Positions 18,521-26,013 of a stretch of 46,786 bases of DNA are shown piece by piece (positions within the stretch are counted from its first letter, which is position 1; each line of letters begins with the position of its first letter). A program made the position numbers and the translations under genes. Source of the DNA: a virus. Its lineage: Duplodnaviria > Caudoviricetes. The notes under the pieces were generated by a model. It saw only the letters and a program-made list of their open reading frames with translations, searched no databases and was not told the DNA's origin. The stretch covers positions 1 through 46,786 of IMG/VR virus record IMGVR_UViG_3300012667_000647; one strand, 5' to 3'.

Positions 18521-18916
18521 TCACCACCACGAATCGTAATAAACATAATCACCAGCAGCAATCGCATCACGTGCTGCTTGAATGAACTTCAGGTCTTCAG
18601 CCAATGATTCAATATCTGGTGGATTATCACCAAAGAAGAAACCAGTTGTTTCAGGCAATGCACTATTCAATAGGTCAAACTGTAAGGCATCCAAATCACA
18701 GGCATTCAACCGAACAGGCACACAATTAAACTCTTTCGCTGTACCACCTTTGTTACGATATAACTTTTGAAACCAACCATGCAAATCGTGGTGCTTACGC
18801 CAATACCACAATTCATCCAATGAACCAACACGGCCATCTTCCTCACGGCGAATGGTTAATTCATCAATCGCATCAACAGCAGGCACACGCCATGCAAACA
18901 TATCTAAACCCATCAT
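18521..18916 (-). CDS. conserved hypothetical phage protein
   Basis: MGLDM...YWRKHHDLHGWF...GFFFG...YYDSWW. Confidence 0.8.
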   Translation of the reverse strand: MMGLDMFAWRVPAVDAIDELTIRREEDGRVGSLDELWYWRKHHDLHGWFQKLYRNKGGTAKEFNCVPVRLNACDLDALQFDLLNSALPETTGFFFGDNPPDIESLAEDLKFIQAARDAIAAGDYVYYDSWW

Positions 18917-19049
18917 TTTCTCCCGTAAATTCTATCCATTGCCGCTTCATATTCTGCATCGGTTTCACGTGACCGTTTAACAAACCAAATGCAAATGCCA
19001 ATATTAAAGGCAACCATGATACCCAGCACAATATACAAAAAGGTGTTCA

Positions 19050-19238
19050 TTATTCTTCCTTGAATACTTCGGCAGTCCTACCACATTCAATTTCTTCAAA
19101 TGAATCAATAATCATCAAATCTGCCATGCTCATTAGGCGTGAAAACTCGTCCAAACCATTGTCCGTTGCAAAATGGTACACATCATTCAGCAGCTCTTGT
19201 GCGTTTTCCAATTTAATGTATAATTCTTCACGTGTCAT
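19050..19238 (-). CDS. hypothetical protein
   Basis: 62-aa ORF with AAAGG Shine-Dalgarno. Confidence 0.65.
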   Translation of the reverse strand: MTREELYIKLENAQELLNDVYHFATDNGLDEFSRLMSMADLMIIDSFEEIECGRTAEVFKEE

Positions 19239-19283
19239 AATATGCCTTTATTGATTATCGGAGCGGACTTATTGGCATTGCCG

Positions 19284-19670
19284 CTACGCACACTGCGGGG
19301 GATTCTTTTTTCTTAAAATTGCCTGTCTGATTTTCTCTTTGTGTTCATCAGATTTTGGCTTCGTATTGTTTTTGCCGTTTGTGTTGCATTTCAATGCCTT
19401 TGCCAAATTACCACGGTGTTCATCCGTTTTGGTATATGCCTTTGCAGCGATTGATAATGCTTGTTTATGTTCATCAGTCAAAGTGCCAGTTTTGATACCT
19501 TTGTTCCAAGGATCTTTGCCTTTAACACCAATATCAATACCTAAATTGACTGGTGTAACCGATTTGATTTTTGATACCTGAATTCTTTCCATTTCACTTG
19601 GTACATAATCTATCTCAAACAATTCACATAATTTACGGTCAAATTCAGCTGATGTGTATATATACTTCAT
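19284..19670 (-). CDS. NUMOD3-repeat DNA-binding protein (homing-endonuclease derived, no nuclease motif seen)
   Basis: PWNKG plus three (T/S)DEH(K/R) repeats; AGGAG Shine-Dalgarno. Confidence 0.7.
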   Translation of the reverse strand: MKYIYTSAEFDRKLCELFEIDYVPSEMERIQVSKIKSVTPVNLGIDIGVKGKDPWNKGIKTGTLTDEHKQALSIAAKAYTKTDEHRGNLAKALKCNTNGKNNTKPKSDEHKEKIRQAILRKKNPPQCA

Positions 19671-19734
19671 GCTGATGCTCCTATAAGCGTTAGAGTGGGT
19701 GCGCCTGTGGTGGGTGGCGACTCACACCTATTTA

Positions 19735-20247
19735 TCACGCTTTAGGTAAAACAATGCCATCAATGTTGTATTTCTTTTTCAAGAAATTCAAACACGCCTC
19801 AGCGGTAGGCCTCGCAGCTTCTTGCTTTGAATTCATCATGGCAACCCACTTATTACGGTCAGCACGGAAGAACACTGTGCCATCTGGGTGGGAAATCTTA
19901 CCTGACGACTTGACGATAGAGCCGACTTTGGTGTTACCTACTTGGGTAATAACCAGTTTGGCTTTTGCCATGCGTTTCTTAACGGGTTTTCCCTTTACCT
20001 GGTCATCACTTACAACGTGAACTGGAGGTTTTGGATCAAACTTGGGACCAGTCAATGGACCAACCCAAGGGAAGAAACCAACAGCTGTTGCGTCTTTGTT
20101 TTCTAATGCTTCGTTCATATCCATTCCGCACATACCCCACGAATCGGTTTCTGCGTTGAACCAACGATAGGCCTTGCCTTGCTTGTCACGGTCGACCAAA
20201 TACAATGCGGAGACTGTAGGATTCGTGTCGCTATTGAAATTCATCAT
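19735..20247 (-). CDS. hypothetical protein, possible C-terminal AP2-like DNA-binding segment
   Basis: 170 aa; GTVFFRADRNKWVA segment. Confidence 0.7.
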   Translation of the reverse strand: MMNFNSDTNPTVSALYLVDRDKQGKAYRWFNAETDSWGMCGMDMNEALENKDATAVGFFPWVGPLTGPKFDPKPPVHVVSDDQVKGKPVKKRMAKAKLVITQVGNTKVGSIVKSSGKISHPDGTVFFRADRNKWVAMMNSKQEAARPTAEACLNFLKKKYNIDGIVLPKA

Positions 20248-20277
20248 AAAAAACTCGCTTTCTCAATTTATGGGATA

Positions 20278-20305
20278 ATTATAACACAATGGCAGGAAAT
20301 GGCAA
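20278..20305 (-). promoter_or_regulatory. sigma70-type early promoter
   Basis: TTGCCA-16bp-TATAAT with extended TG; box A at 20307-20324. Confidence 0.75.
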
Positions 20306-20341
20306 TATACAACGAAAGTACTCCATTTCTCCGGTCAACTA

Positions 20342-20521
20342 TTATTTGGCTGCAAACCGTTCCGCAGCAGTTGGCTCATATAACCGATTGGTTAATAGGT
20401 TATGGATAACCGCTTCTTTGACTTCACCACATTGGGTTTGAGCCAATACGTTTAAACCATAATTGTTGAATTTATTGCCATTCAACTCATAAACCATCAT
20501 TTCCCAGAACATTTTATTCAT
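20342..20521 (-). CDS. 59-aa hypothetical protein (not in ORF track)
   Basis: MNKMFWEMMVYELNG...AAK; ATGA-coupled to the upstream gene; AGGAG Shine-Dalgarno. Confidence 0.55.
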   Translation of the reverse strand: MNKMFWEMMVYELNGNKFNNYGLNVLAQTQCGEVKEAVIHNLLTNRLYEPTAAERFAAK

Positions 20522-20706
20522 ACTAACTCCTGCTTTGCATTAATTAAACCGTTTAAAAACTCGACCTGCTTACGTTTCGGCAGGTCACTCACAATCGCAA
20601 CCAATTGAGATATTAGATAATCACCACATTCCTCAGAACCTTTGGTAACTTGAATTAGGTGTAATATCTCAATTTCAACTTCCTGTGGTGTAAAATTCTT
20701 CCTCAT
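20518..20706 (-). CDS. hypothetical protein
   Basis: 62-aa ORF. Confidence 0.6.
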   Translation of the reverse strand: MRKNFTPQEVEIEILHLIQVTKGSEECGDYLISQLVAIVSDLPKRKQVEFLNGLINAKQELV

Positions 20707-20914
20707 TAATTACTCCAAAATCAGCAAGCACTTGTTTTTCATTCACAATTACCTGCTCACGCACGGAACCAAACACATACAATGGCTCAATCAAATCAAT
20801 ATGATATGATACCTCGCCGCCGTACCTGACACGGGATTCCGTCACAACACCAGTCACCATATACTCGGAGAGATATAATGCTTTGATTGTGCTTCCGTCT
20901 TTATTCCAACCCAT
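20675..20914 (-). CDS. hypothetical protein
   Basis: 79 aa; GVVTESRVRYGGEV; GAGG Shine-Dalgarno. Confidence 0.7.
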   Translation of the reverse strand: MGWNKDGSTIKALYLSEYMVTGVVTESRVRYGGEVSYHIDLIEPLYVFGSVREQVIVNEKQVLADFGVINEEEFYTTGS

Positions 20915-21091
20915 ATTATTCTACCTCAGGCAGGTATGATTGTAATACCTCGTTATCCAAGAAAACCAACAATTCTTCTAATGCTGTCACATCGCCATTA
21001 GCAATATCCAACTTGATTTGGTCAATAACTGCATCAACCAAACAACTCTTTTCGTTTGCGTATTTCATCATTTTTTTACCTCAATTCTATA

Positions 21092-21346
21092 TTAAATGCG
21101 TTCCAGCATATCAATGCGTTCCTGAATTTCTTCAATTTCCTCTGCGTCTACCTCAACGTCCAAACAATCAATTTCATATTGAAGGTCGGAAATCATAGAA
21201 TCTGCAAATTCTGAGCACATCATATTATATGCAATTGGATCCATTTCACGCACGATAGCCGAACGAGAAAACGTCAAATTTCCAATAAGCACGTCACCTT
21301 CAGAATCCAACAATTCATCCACCATTTCTTCAATCATATCACGCAT
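21092..21346 (-). CDS. very acidic hypothetical protein
   Basis: 84 aa; GAGG Shine-Dalgarno; first gene after the promoter. Confidence 0.75.
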   Translation of the reverse strand: MRDMIEEMVDELLDSEGDVLIGNLTFSRSAIVREMDPIAYNMMCSEFADSMISDLQYEIDCLDVEVDAEEIEEIQERIDMLERI

Positions 21347-21374
21347 AAAATTCTACCTCACATCTAAAAAATCA

Positions 21375-21403
21375 ATTATACCAGAATATCGCCGAATTGG
21401 CAA
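21375..21403 (-). promoter_or_regulatory. sigma70-type early promoter
   Basis: TTGCCA-17bp-TATAAT with extended TG. Confidence 0.8.
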
Positions 21404-21405
21404 CC

Positions 21406-21452
21406 TGAACACTTTAGTAATCCATTACCTGACTGGATTACTAAAGTACTCA
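21406..21452. repeat. paired box A palindromes forming a 14-bp perfect inverted repeat
   Basis: ACTTTAGTAATCCA (21411-21424) and TGGATTACTAAAGT (21434-21447). Confidence 0.8.
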
Positions 21453-21475
21453 CCTCATGGTAAGTACCTACTAAC

Positions 21476-21676
21476 CTAAAATAGTTCCAACTGACCGTTG
21501 AATACTAAAGTATCAAATTCATCATCAATGCCACGTACTAAATCATTAATATCCTTGAGTCCGTAGGCATACAATTCTTCTTTCAACATACGTACTTTCG
21601 TATCCATGTGGCCGTACATATGTAAACTTTCCTCGTAGTCCTGAAGCGTCACATCAATATCGCTCATCTTACTCAT
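21476..21676 (-). CDS. hypothetical protein
   Basis: 66-aa ORF. Confidence 0.65.
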   Translation of the reverse strand: MSKMSDIDVTLQDYEESLHMYGHMDTKVRMLKEELYAYGLKDINDLVRGIDDEFDTLVFNGQLELF

Positions 21677-21682
21677 TTTGTA

Positions 21683-21916
21683 TTAACCTTTCCGAATAGT
21701 GTAAACAAAAGTATCACCAAAATCGCCTTCAATGACTTTGTAACCGAATAGTAGTACAAGCGCATCAAATAGTAGTTCCAAAGTACTACCATACGCCCCA
21801 GTAACGTTTAGTACTACATTTTGCTCTGTATCATCAATCGAAAGCATTACAATTTCATCGCCAATTACTACATTAGCCAATTGTAATACTTTAGACCTAG
21901 TTGCTAGAATTGTCAT
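21683..21916 (-). CDS. hypothetical protein
   Basis: 77 aa with GGAGA Shine-Dalgarno; contains several box A copies. Confidence 0.6.
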   Translation of the reverse strand: MTILATRSKVLQLANVVIGDEIVMLSIDDTEQNVVLNVTGAYGSTLELLFDALVLLFGYKVIEGDFGDTFVYTIRKG

Positions 21917-21939
21917 ATTTTCTCCGTTTCAATAGAAGC

Positions 21940-21968
21940 ATTATATCATAGAATGCTCAGAACGGCAA
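21940..21968 (-). promoter_or_regulatory. sigma70-type early promoter
   Basis: TTGCCG-17bp-TATAAT with extended TG. Confidence 0.72.
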
Positions 21969-22098
21969 GCATTGTTGACCATTTTGGTCGACTATTACTG
22001 CACCATAAGCAATGGTATACAATAGTACTACAGCCATAGAATGTAAGACTAAAGTATTACCAGAAGGGAATTTAATTTTTGTCGTTTGCATGGGTTAC

Positions 22099-22126
22099 AT
22101 TATACCGAAAACCAGAGAAAAGGCAA
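22099..22126 (-). promoter_or_regulatory. sigma70-type promoter
   Basis: TTGCCT-16bp-TATAAT; box A at 22127-22144. Confidence 0.65.
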
Positions 22127-22162
22127 GTATGTAAAAGGTATTACAACCAATCCGGTCAAGTA

Positions 22163-22235
22163 TTATCCAAGAAAATCAACGTTATCAACAGCTTATCCAC
22201 AGCATAAAAAGCGTTTGTTGATAATATGTGGGTAA
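22163..22235. promoter_or_regulatory. cluster of DnaA-box-like 9-mers
   Basis: TTATCAACA 22182, TTATCCACA 22193, reverse TTATCAACA 22216, reverse TTACCCACA 22227, weak TTATCCAAG 22163. Confidence 0.7.
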
Positions 22236-22468
22236 GTGCGCCGGTATTGTCGCAAATTAGGTGTAATGCTTTGGTATTAGTCCGACTTAGTTTGTGGTTT
22301 AGATGCCATTTTATTACAGGATCATTCCAAATGGGTCAAAAAGTATTCAAAGCGATACGATGGTTCTCTTTTCTCTGCGCCTCTCTAATACCATCCTATT
22401 CAATCCTGGAATGTGTACTTTTGTTTGCAGGATCCGTGTGCATCCCAGTCCTGCTTTCGAATGGGTCA

Positions 22469-22497
22469 ATTATACACTAACCGACAGACCATGTCAA
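22469..22497 (-). promoter_or_regulatory. consensus sigma70 promoter (leftward)
   Basis: TTGACA-17bp-TATAAT. Confidence 0.78.
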
Positions 22498-22546
22498 TAT
22501 ACGAAAAAAGTTCTCAGTTTTACCACTGGGTTATTCCATACAATGC

Positions 22547-22575
22547 TTGCCAAAACCTGCTGGATCGGTTATACT
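22547..22575 (+). promoter_or_regulatory. sigma70-type promoter (rightward, divergent)
   Basis: TTGCCA-17bp-TATACT. Confidence 0.75.
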
Positions 22576-22605
22576 ACGTCCATCAAATTGAAAAGGACGC
22601 AAATT

Positions 22606-22959
22606 ATGACAAGCAAGACCCTCTCCCCTCTCGCCGCTGAATTGGCAGAAGCTCGCACCAATGCAAAATTCTGGAAAGAGCGTGCTCAATTTCTCGCTGT
22701 ACAGGTAAAGCAAGAGCGTGAAGATAACCGCTTGGCTAAGTCCGCAGCACGTACCGCAAAGGCAGAAGCTACCGCAAACCGCCGCTCGGCTGCTATCGCA
22801 AAGGCACAAGCTCGATTGGACAAGCTGCTCGCAAAGCAGGCTGCACCAGTTGGTAGCAAGGCTCTCAAAGCAAACCGCAAACCATCAAAGGTAACCACGT
22901 ATGGTGCTGAAGATAACGCCATTGCCGCATCCATCATGGCTAAGAAAGCATCGGTATGA
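22606..22959 (+). CDS. Lys/Ala-rich basic protein (histone-like composition)
   Basis: Real start MTSKTL after AAAAGGA; A/K/R-rich helical sequence. Confidence 0.75.
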   Translation: MTSKTLSPLAAELAEARTNAKFWKERAQFLAVQVKQEREDNRLAKSAARTAKAEATANRRSAAIAKAQARLDKLLAKQAAPVGSKALKANRKPSKVTTYGAEDNAIAASIMAKKASV

Positions 22960-23045
22960 CATTAGAAACAAAAGTATTCACCCTGGTTTTTGGGCTAGCC
23001 ATTATAACCCTTTTTATGGATCTGCTGTTTTGGGTGCCGAATTGA
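22956..23045 (+). CDS. 29-aa membrane peptide
   Basis: MTLETKVFTLVFGLAIITLFMDLLFWVPN; ATGA-coupled. Confidence 0.5.
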   Translation: MTLETKVFTLVFGLAIITLFMDLLFWVPN

Positions 23046-23078
23046 CCCATTACAGTGCTGGAGAACTAAAGTATTAGG

Positions 23079-23107
23079 TTGCCAGTTTGACCATTTAGTG
23101 GTATAAT
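23079..23107 (+). promoter_or_regulatory. sigma70-type promoter
   Basis: TTGCCA-17bp-TATAAT with extended TG; box A at 23060-23077. Confidence 0.8.
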
Positions 23108-23137
23108 TGATCCAACAAAAACGCAAAAGGACAGAAA

Positions 23138-23797
23138 ATGACAGCAGCAACCCTCAACAAAGTTTCCAAGACCTCTAAACTAGGCACCCTTTCGTGGTCC
23201 TTACAAGCTGTGACGGATTGTCCCGGCTCAGTTGGTGCTGATGGTCAATTGGTTGCGGCATGCTCGGGTTGCTATGCCACTGCTGGTTGCTACAATTTCC
23301 CAGATACCAAAAAGGTACGAGCTGACAATAAGCTCGCATGGCAAGAGTCCGATTGGGAAGCCGTTATGGTAGCAAAATTGAAAAAGCAAACCCACTTCCG
23401 CTGGTTTGATTCTGGAGACGTTTACGCTCTCAAGCTGGCAGAGAAAATGCTTGCTGTCATGGAAGCAACCCCCAACACTAAGCACTGGTTACCCACTAGA
23501 ATGGCAAAATTCGAAAAGTTTAAACCAGTGCTTGCTAAAATGCAAAGCTTACCCAATGTAATGGTCCGCTTCAGCTCAGACAGCGTGGATGGTACCTTTA
23601 CACCTACAGTGCATGGCTCTACCATTGTACCTGAAGCTACCTCAGCACCTGATGGTGTGACGGTATGCATGGCGCCAGAGCAAGGCGGTAAGTGCTTGGA
23701 CTGCCGTGCTTGCTATGATAAGGCAGTACCAGTCATTGGTTACGTGGCACACGGTCGCAAAATGGCAAAGGTTATTCGTATAGCATCGGCACAATAA
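23138..23797 (+). CDS. GP88-like (radical-SAM-like Fe-S) phage protein
   Basis: CPG...CSGCYA, RWFDSGD, HWLPTR and C-terminal C...CLDCRAC motifs; AAAAGGA Shine-Dalgarno. Confidence 0.75.
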   Translation: MTAATLNKVSKTSKLGTLSWSLQAVTDCPGSVGADGQLVAACSGCYATAGCYNFPDTKKVRADNKLAWQESDWEAVMVAKLKKQTHFRWFDSGDVYALKLAEKMLAVMEATPNTKHWLPTRMAKFEKFKPVLAKMQSLPNVMVRFSSDSVDGTFTPTVHGSTIVPEATSAPDGVTVCMAPEQGGKCLDCRACYDKAVPVIGYVAHGRKMAKVIRIASAQ

Positions 23798-23996
23798 GAA
23801 ACAAAAGTATTCATTTTTCGCTGTTGTCATGGGTTTCAGAGACCCTTTGGGGGTGTAATGCTTTGGTGTTACACTCTCTTTTTTTTGTTACTACTTTGGT
23901 TTGCAGTGCGTGGTGGTGTGTAGTACTTTTTGACTATGGTCCATGGTGTGATGGGACCGTGTGGTAATGGCGTTAAGCTAAAAAAGCTGTACCAGG

Positions 23997-24353
23997 TCAA
24001 ACTCTTTTTTTCAATTTTTTATTTTCTGGGGCTCCCTCATCCCCATCAAAAAAATTCTCCAAGGAGGAAAACTTCGGTACCTTCGTGGGTCCTTTCGTTT
24101 TCTCTTTCGTAGACTTCGTAATTTTTTTCTTCGGAGGGTCCATCATAGGAATCACTTTTTCAGGCTTTCGTGGTTCTGACTTAAAGACTCCCCAGGTCGC
24201 TTCGTGTTCCTCTTTGGTTATCTGTGTACTCTCTACACTCTCTACCCAGTACCCCTGTGATGATACCTTCATTCCAGGCATCATTCGTGCTACGCAAGTA
24301 TATGAGTACTTGAATCCATTTTTCATGGTTACGTCAATTTTATAATAACTCAT
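23997..24353 (-). CDS. hypothetical protein
   Basis: 118 aa with a basic C-terminus. Confidence 0.6.
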   Translation of the reverse strand: MSYYKIDVTMKNGFKYSYTCVARMMPGMKVSSQGYWVESVESTQITKEEHEATWGVFKSEPRKPEKVIPMMDPPKKKITKSTKEKTKGPTKVPKFSSLENFFDGDEGAPENKKLKKRV

Positions 24354-24654
24354 TCTTTTCTTTTCTCAGTTTCTCAGCTTCGAATGATAACTCAACAAAT
24401 TTAGGATTATGTTTATCTGAGGATATTATCAGTTGTTCTAATACTTGGTGCAGGTTAGTATGGTTGTACCATGTACCATAGAACCATCCATGTGGGTTAC
24501 GACAACCCTTCATCTTTATCACATCATCAACATACACGAAATTGGACAATGAGATATGTGTATTCCCTTGGGTCCACATCTCTGTTGCCTTGCGGGTGAT
24601 GAAGAACTGGAACTCCTGACGGGTACCGCAGATAACGAAATACTTTTCTGTCAT
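24340..24654 (-). CDS. hypothetical protein
   Basis: 104-aa coupled ORF. Confidence 0.7.
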   Translation of the reverse strand: MTEKYFVICGTRQEFQFFITRKATEMWTQGNTHISLSNFVYVDDVIKMKGCRNPHGWFYGTWYNHTNLHQVLEQLIISSDKHNPKFVELSFEAEKLRKEKNELL

Positions 24655-24965
24655 GGTTTATTGATTTTCTTTACTGCTGCACCCCAGTCAAACTTCTTAA
24701 TCGACTCCAGTACTTCTCTGTCTATCTCTTTGGCCAGTGCTTCGGCACCTCTACGGACACCCTCCGAGTAATCACTCAGGGGTTTCTCTGGTCGTGTACG
24801 GCAATACTCACACTCAGGGTCATCACAGGTGGATTCGAGCCATTCGTTCGTTTCTTCGTTATAGAAGGCATCGTACTCCTCGGAATACTTCTCTGGGTTA
24901 TCAGGCAATGATATGATTGATTCTGTAATCATATCAGATACTTGCCGTTTCTTCCATCCTGTCAC
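24651..24965 (-). CDS. hypothetical protein with CxxxxCxxC motif
   Basis: YDAFY...WLE..CDDPECEYC..RPEKP. Confidence 0.7.
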   Translation of the reverse strand: MTGWKKRQVSDMITESIISLPDNPEKYSEEYDAFYNEETNEWLESTCDDPECEYCRTRPEKPLSDYSEGVRRGAEALAKEIDREVLESIKKFDWGAAVKKINKP

Positions 24966-25204
24966 CGGCGATTCTCCAGTAAGGTGCGTGAGTCGATTTC
25001 CCAGAATAGTTCTACGGCTTTACGAACATAGTCAGAATCAATGTATTGACCCAGGAAGTGTTCTTGGTTATTGATAGACAGGTATACTTTACCGCCCCAG
25101 ATACCCGTAGAGTTACCAATCTTGTAGACCGCACCAATAATCTTTCCATCTTGGTCGTCAAAGTATACCCACTGGCCGAATTCTTTTTCTGTCCACTTTT
25201 TCAT
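24962..25204 (-). CDS. hypothetical protein
   Basis: 80-aa coupled ORF. Confidence 0.7.
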   Translation of the reverse strand: MKKWTEKEFGQWVYFDDQDGKIIGAVYKIGNSTGIWGGKVYLSINNQEHFLGQYIDSDYVRKAVELFWEIDSRTLLENRR

Positions 25205-25529
25205 TTCTTGGATATCCTTGGTTTCTTATCCGGTTTCTGTGAGGCCTTGAGTTGCTCTGCGGCCTTCTTCTGTTGTTCTTCAACAAAAGCACTGTGGTCT
25301 TCTACCACTTTGAGGTAGACTTCTTCTGTTACCTCTTGGTCATTACAATAGTATTTCATAATTGGGCCGGAAACCTCCGGAAGCGCTGGGTAAAATCAAT
25401 GAGGTTGGTGATAGTATTTGTATACTTTAACGAAATATGCGAAACGCATGGGTTCGTGTTCCGGATCAGGTAAGTCATCACCAAATATCTCTACCATCTT
25501 TTCGTAGTGGTGTAGTACTTCTTCGTCTG

Positions 25530-26012
25530 TCACAGTCGTGTTCCTGGTTTCAGGTCAACCAGTGGTGTAAAGTATCGAGCATAGATGCCTTCTAAGATTT
25601 CCATCACATCGTTCTCGTCCATGGTATTATCAGAATCTAGTCGGTCTTCCAGTTGAATGAATTCCCATTCGTCAGCCTCCACATCAAACCATGCGTAGAT
25701 ACAGACTTCTTCTTTTGGTCGGTGAATCAGACACCATGGAGATAGTTCGTGTGGTGGGAATACGAATCCCTCTTTCAGTGCATCCTTATGAATAAAGATG
25801 GCATATGATTCCATGTTCTTATTACCACGTTCGGTATAAACATATTCACCGTTTTCATCGGTATCTTCCAAGTCACCATGGCCATCAAAGATAATCTTAA
25901 TCTCTGGTTGGTCGGAGATATCTTCACCAATTTCAAGTTCGTCACGGTCAATCCATGCAGCCTCCATTAGGTTCTGCAAGATTTCACAATAACGTTCATA
26001 ATCATAATCCAT
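25530..26012 (-). CDS. very acidic hypothetical protein
   Basis: 160 aa, D/E-rich. Confidence 0.75.
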   Translation of the reverse strand: MDYDYERYCEILQNLMEAAWIDRDELEIGEDISDQPEIKIIFDGHGDLEDTDENGEYVYTERGNKNMESYAIFIHKDALKEGFVFPPHELSPWCLIHRPKEEVCIYAWFDVEADEWEFIQLEDRLDSDNTMDENDVMEILEGIYARYFTPLVDLKPGTRL

Positions 26013-26013
26013 T

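Noticed and set aside
22303-22605. N-terminal extension of the 218-aa plus-strand ORF
   Set aside because: It spans two promoters; the promoter and AAAAGGA RBS point to the ATG at 22606
21400-23940. CRISPR or guide-RNA-type array made of box A repeats
   Set aside because: Copies are degenerate, irregularly spaced beyond pairs, and embedded in promoters and ORFs; there is no constant repeat-spacer period and no cas-like gene
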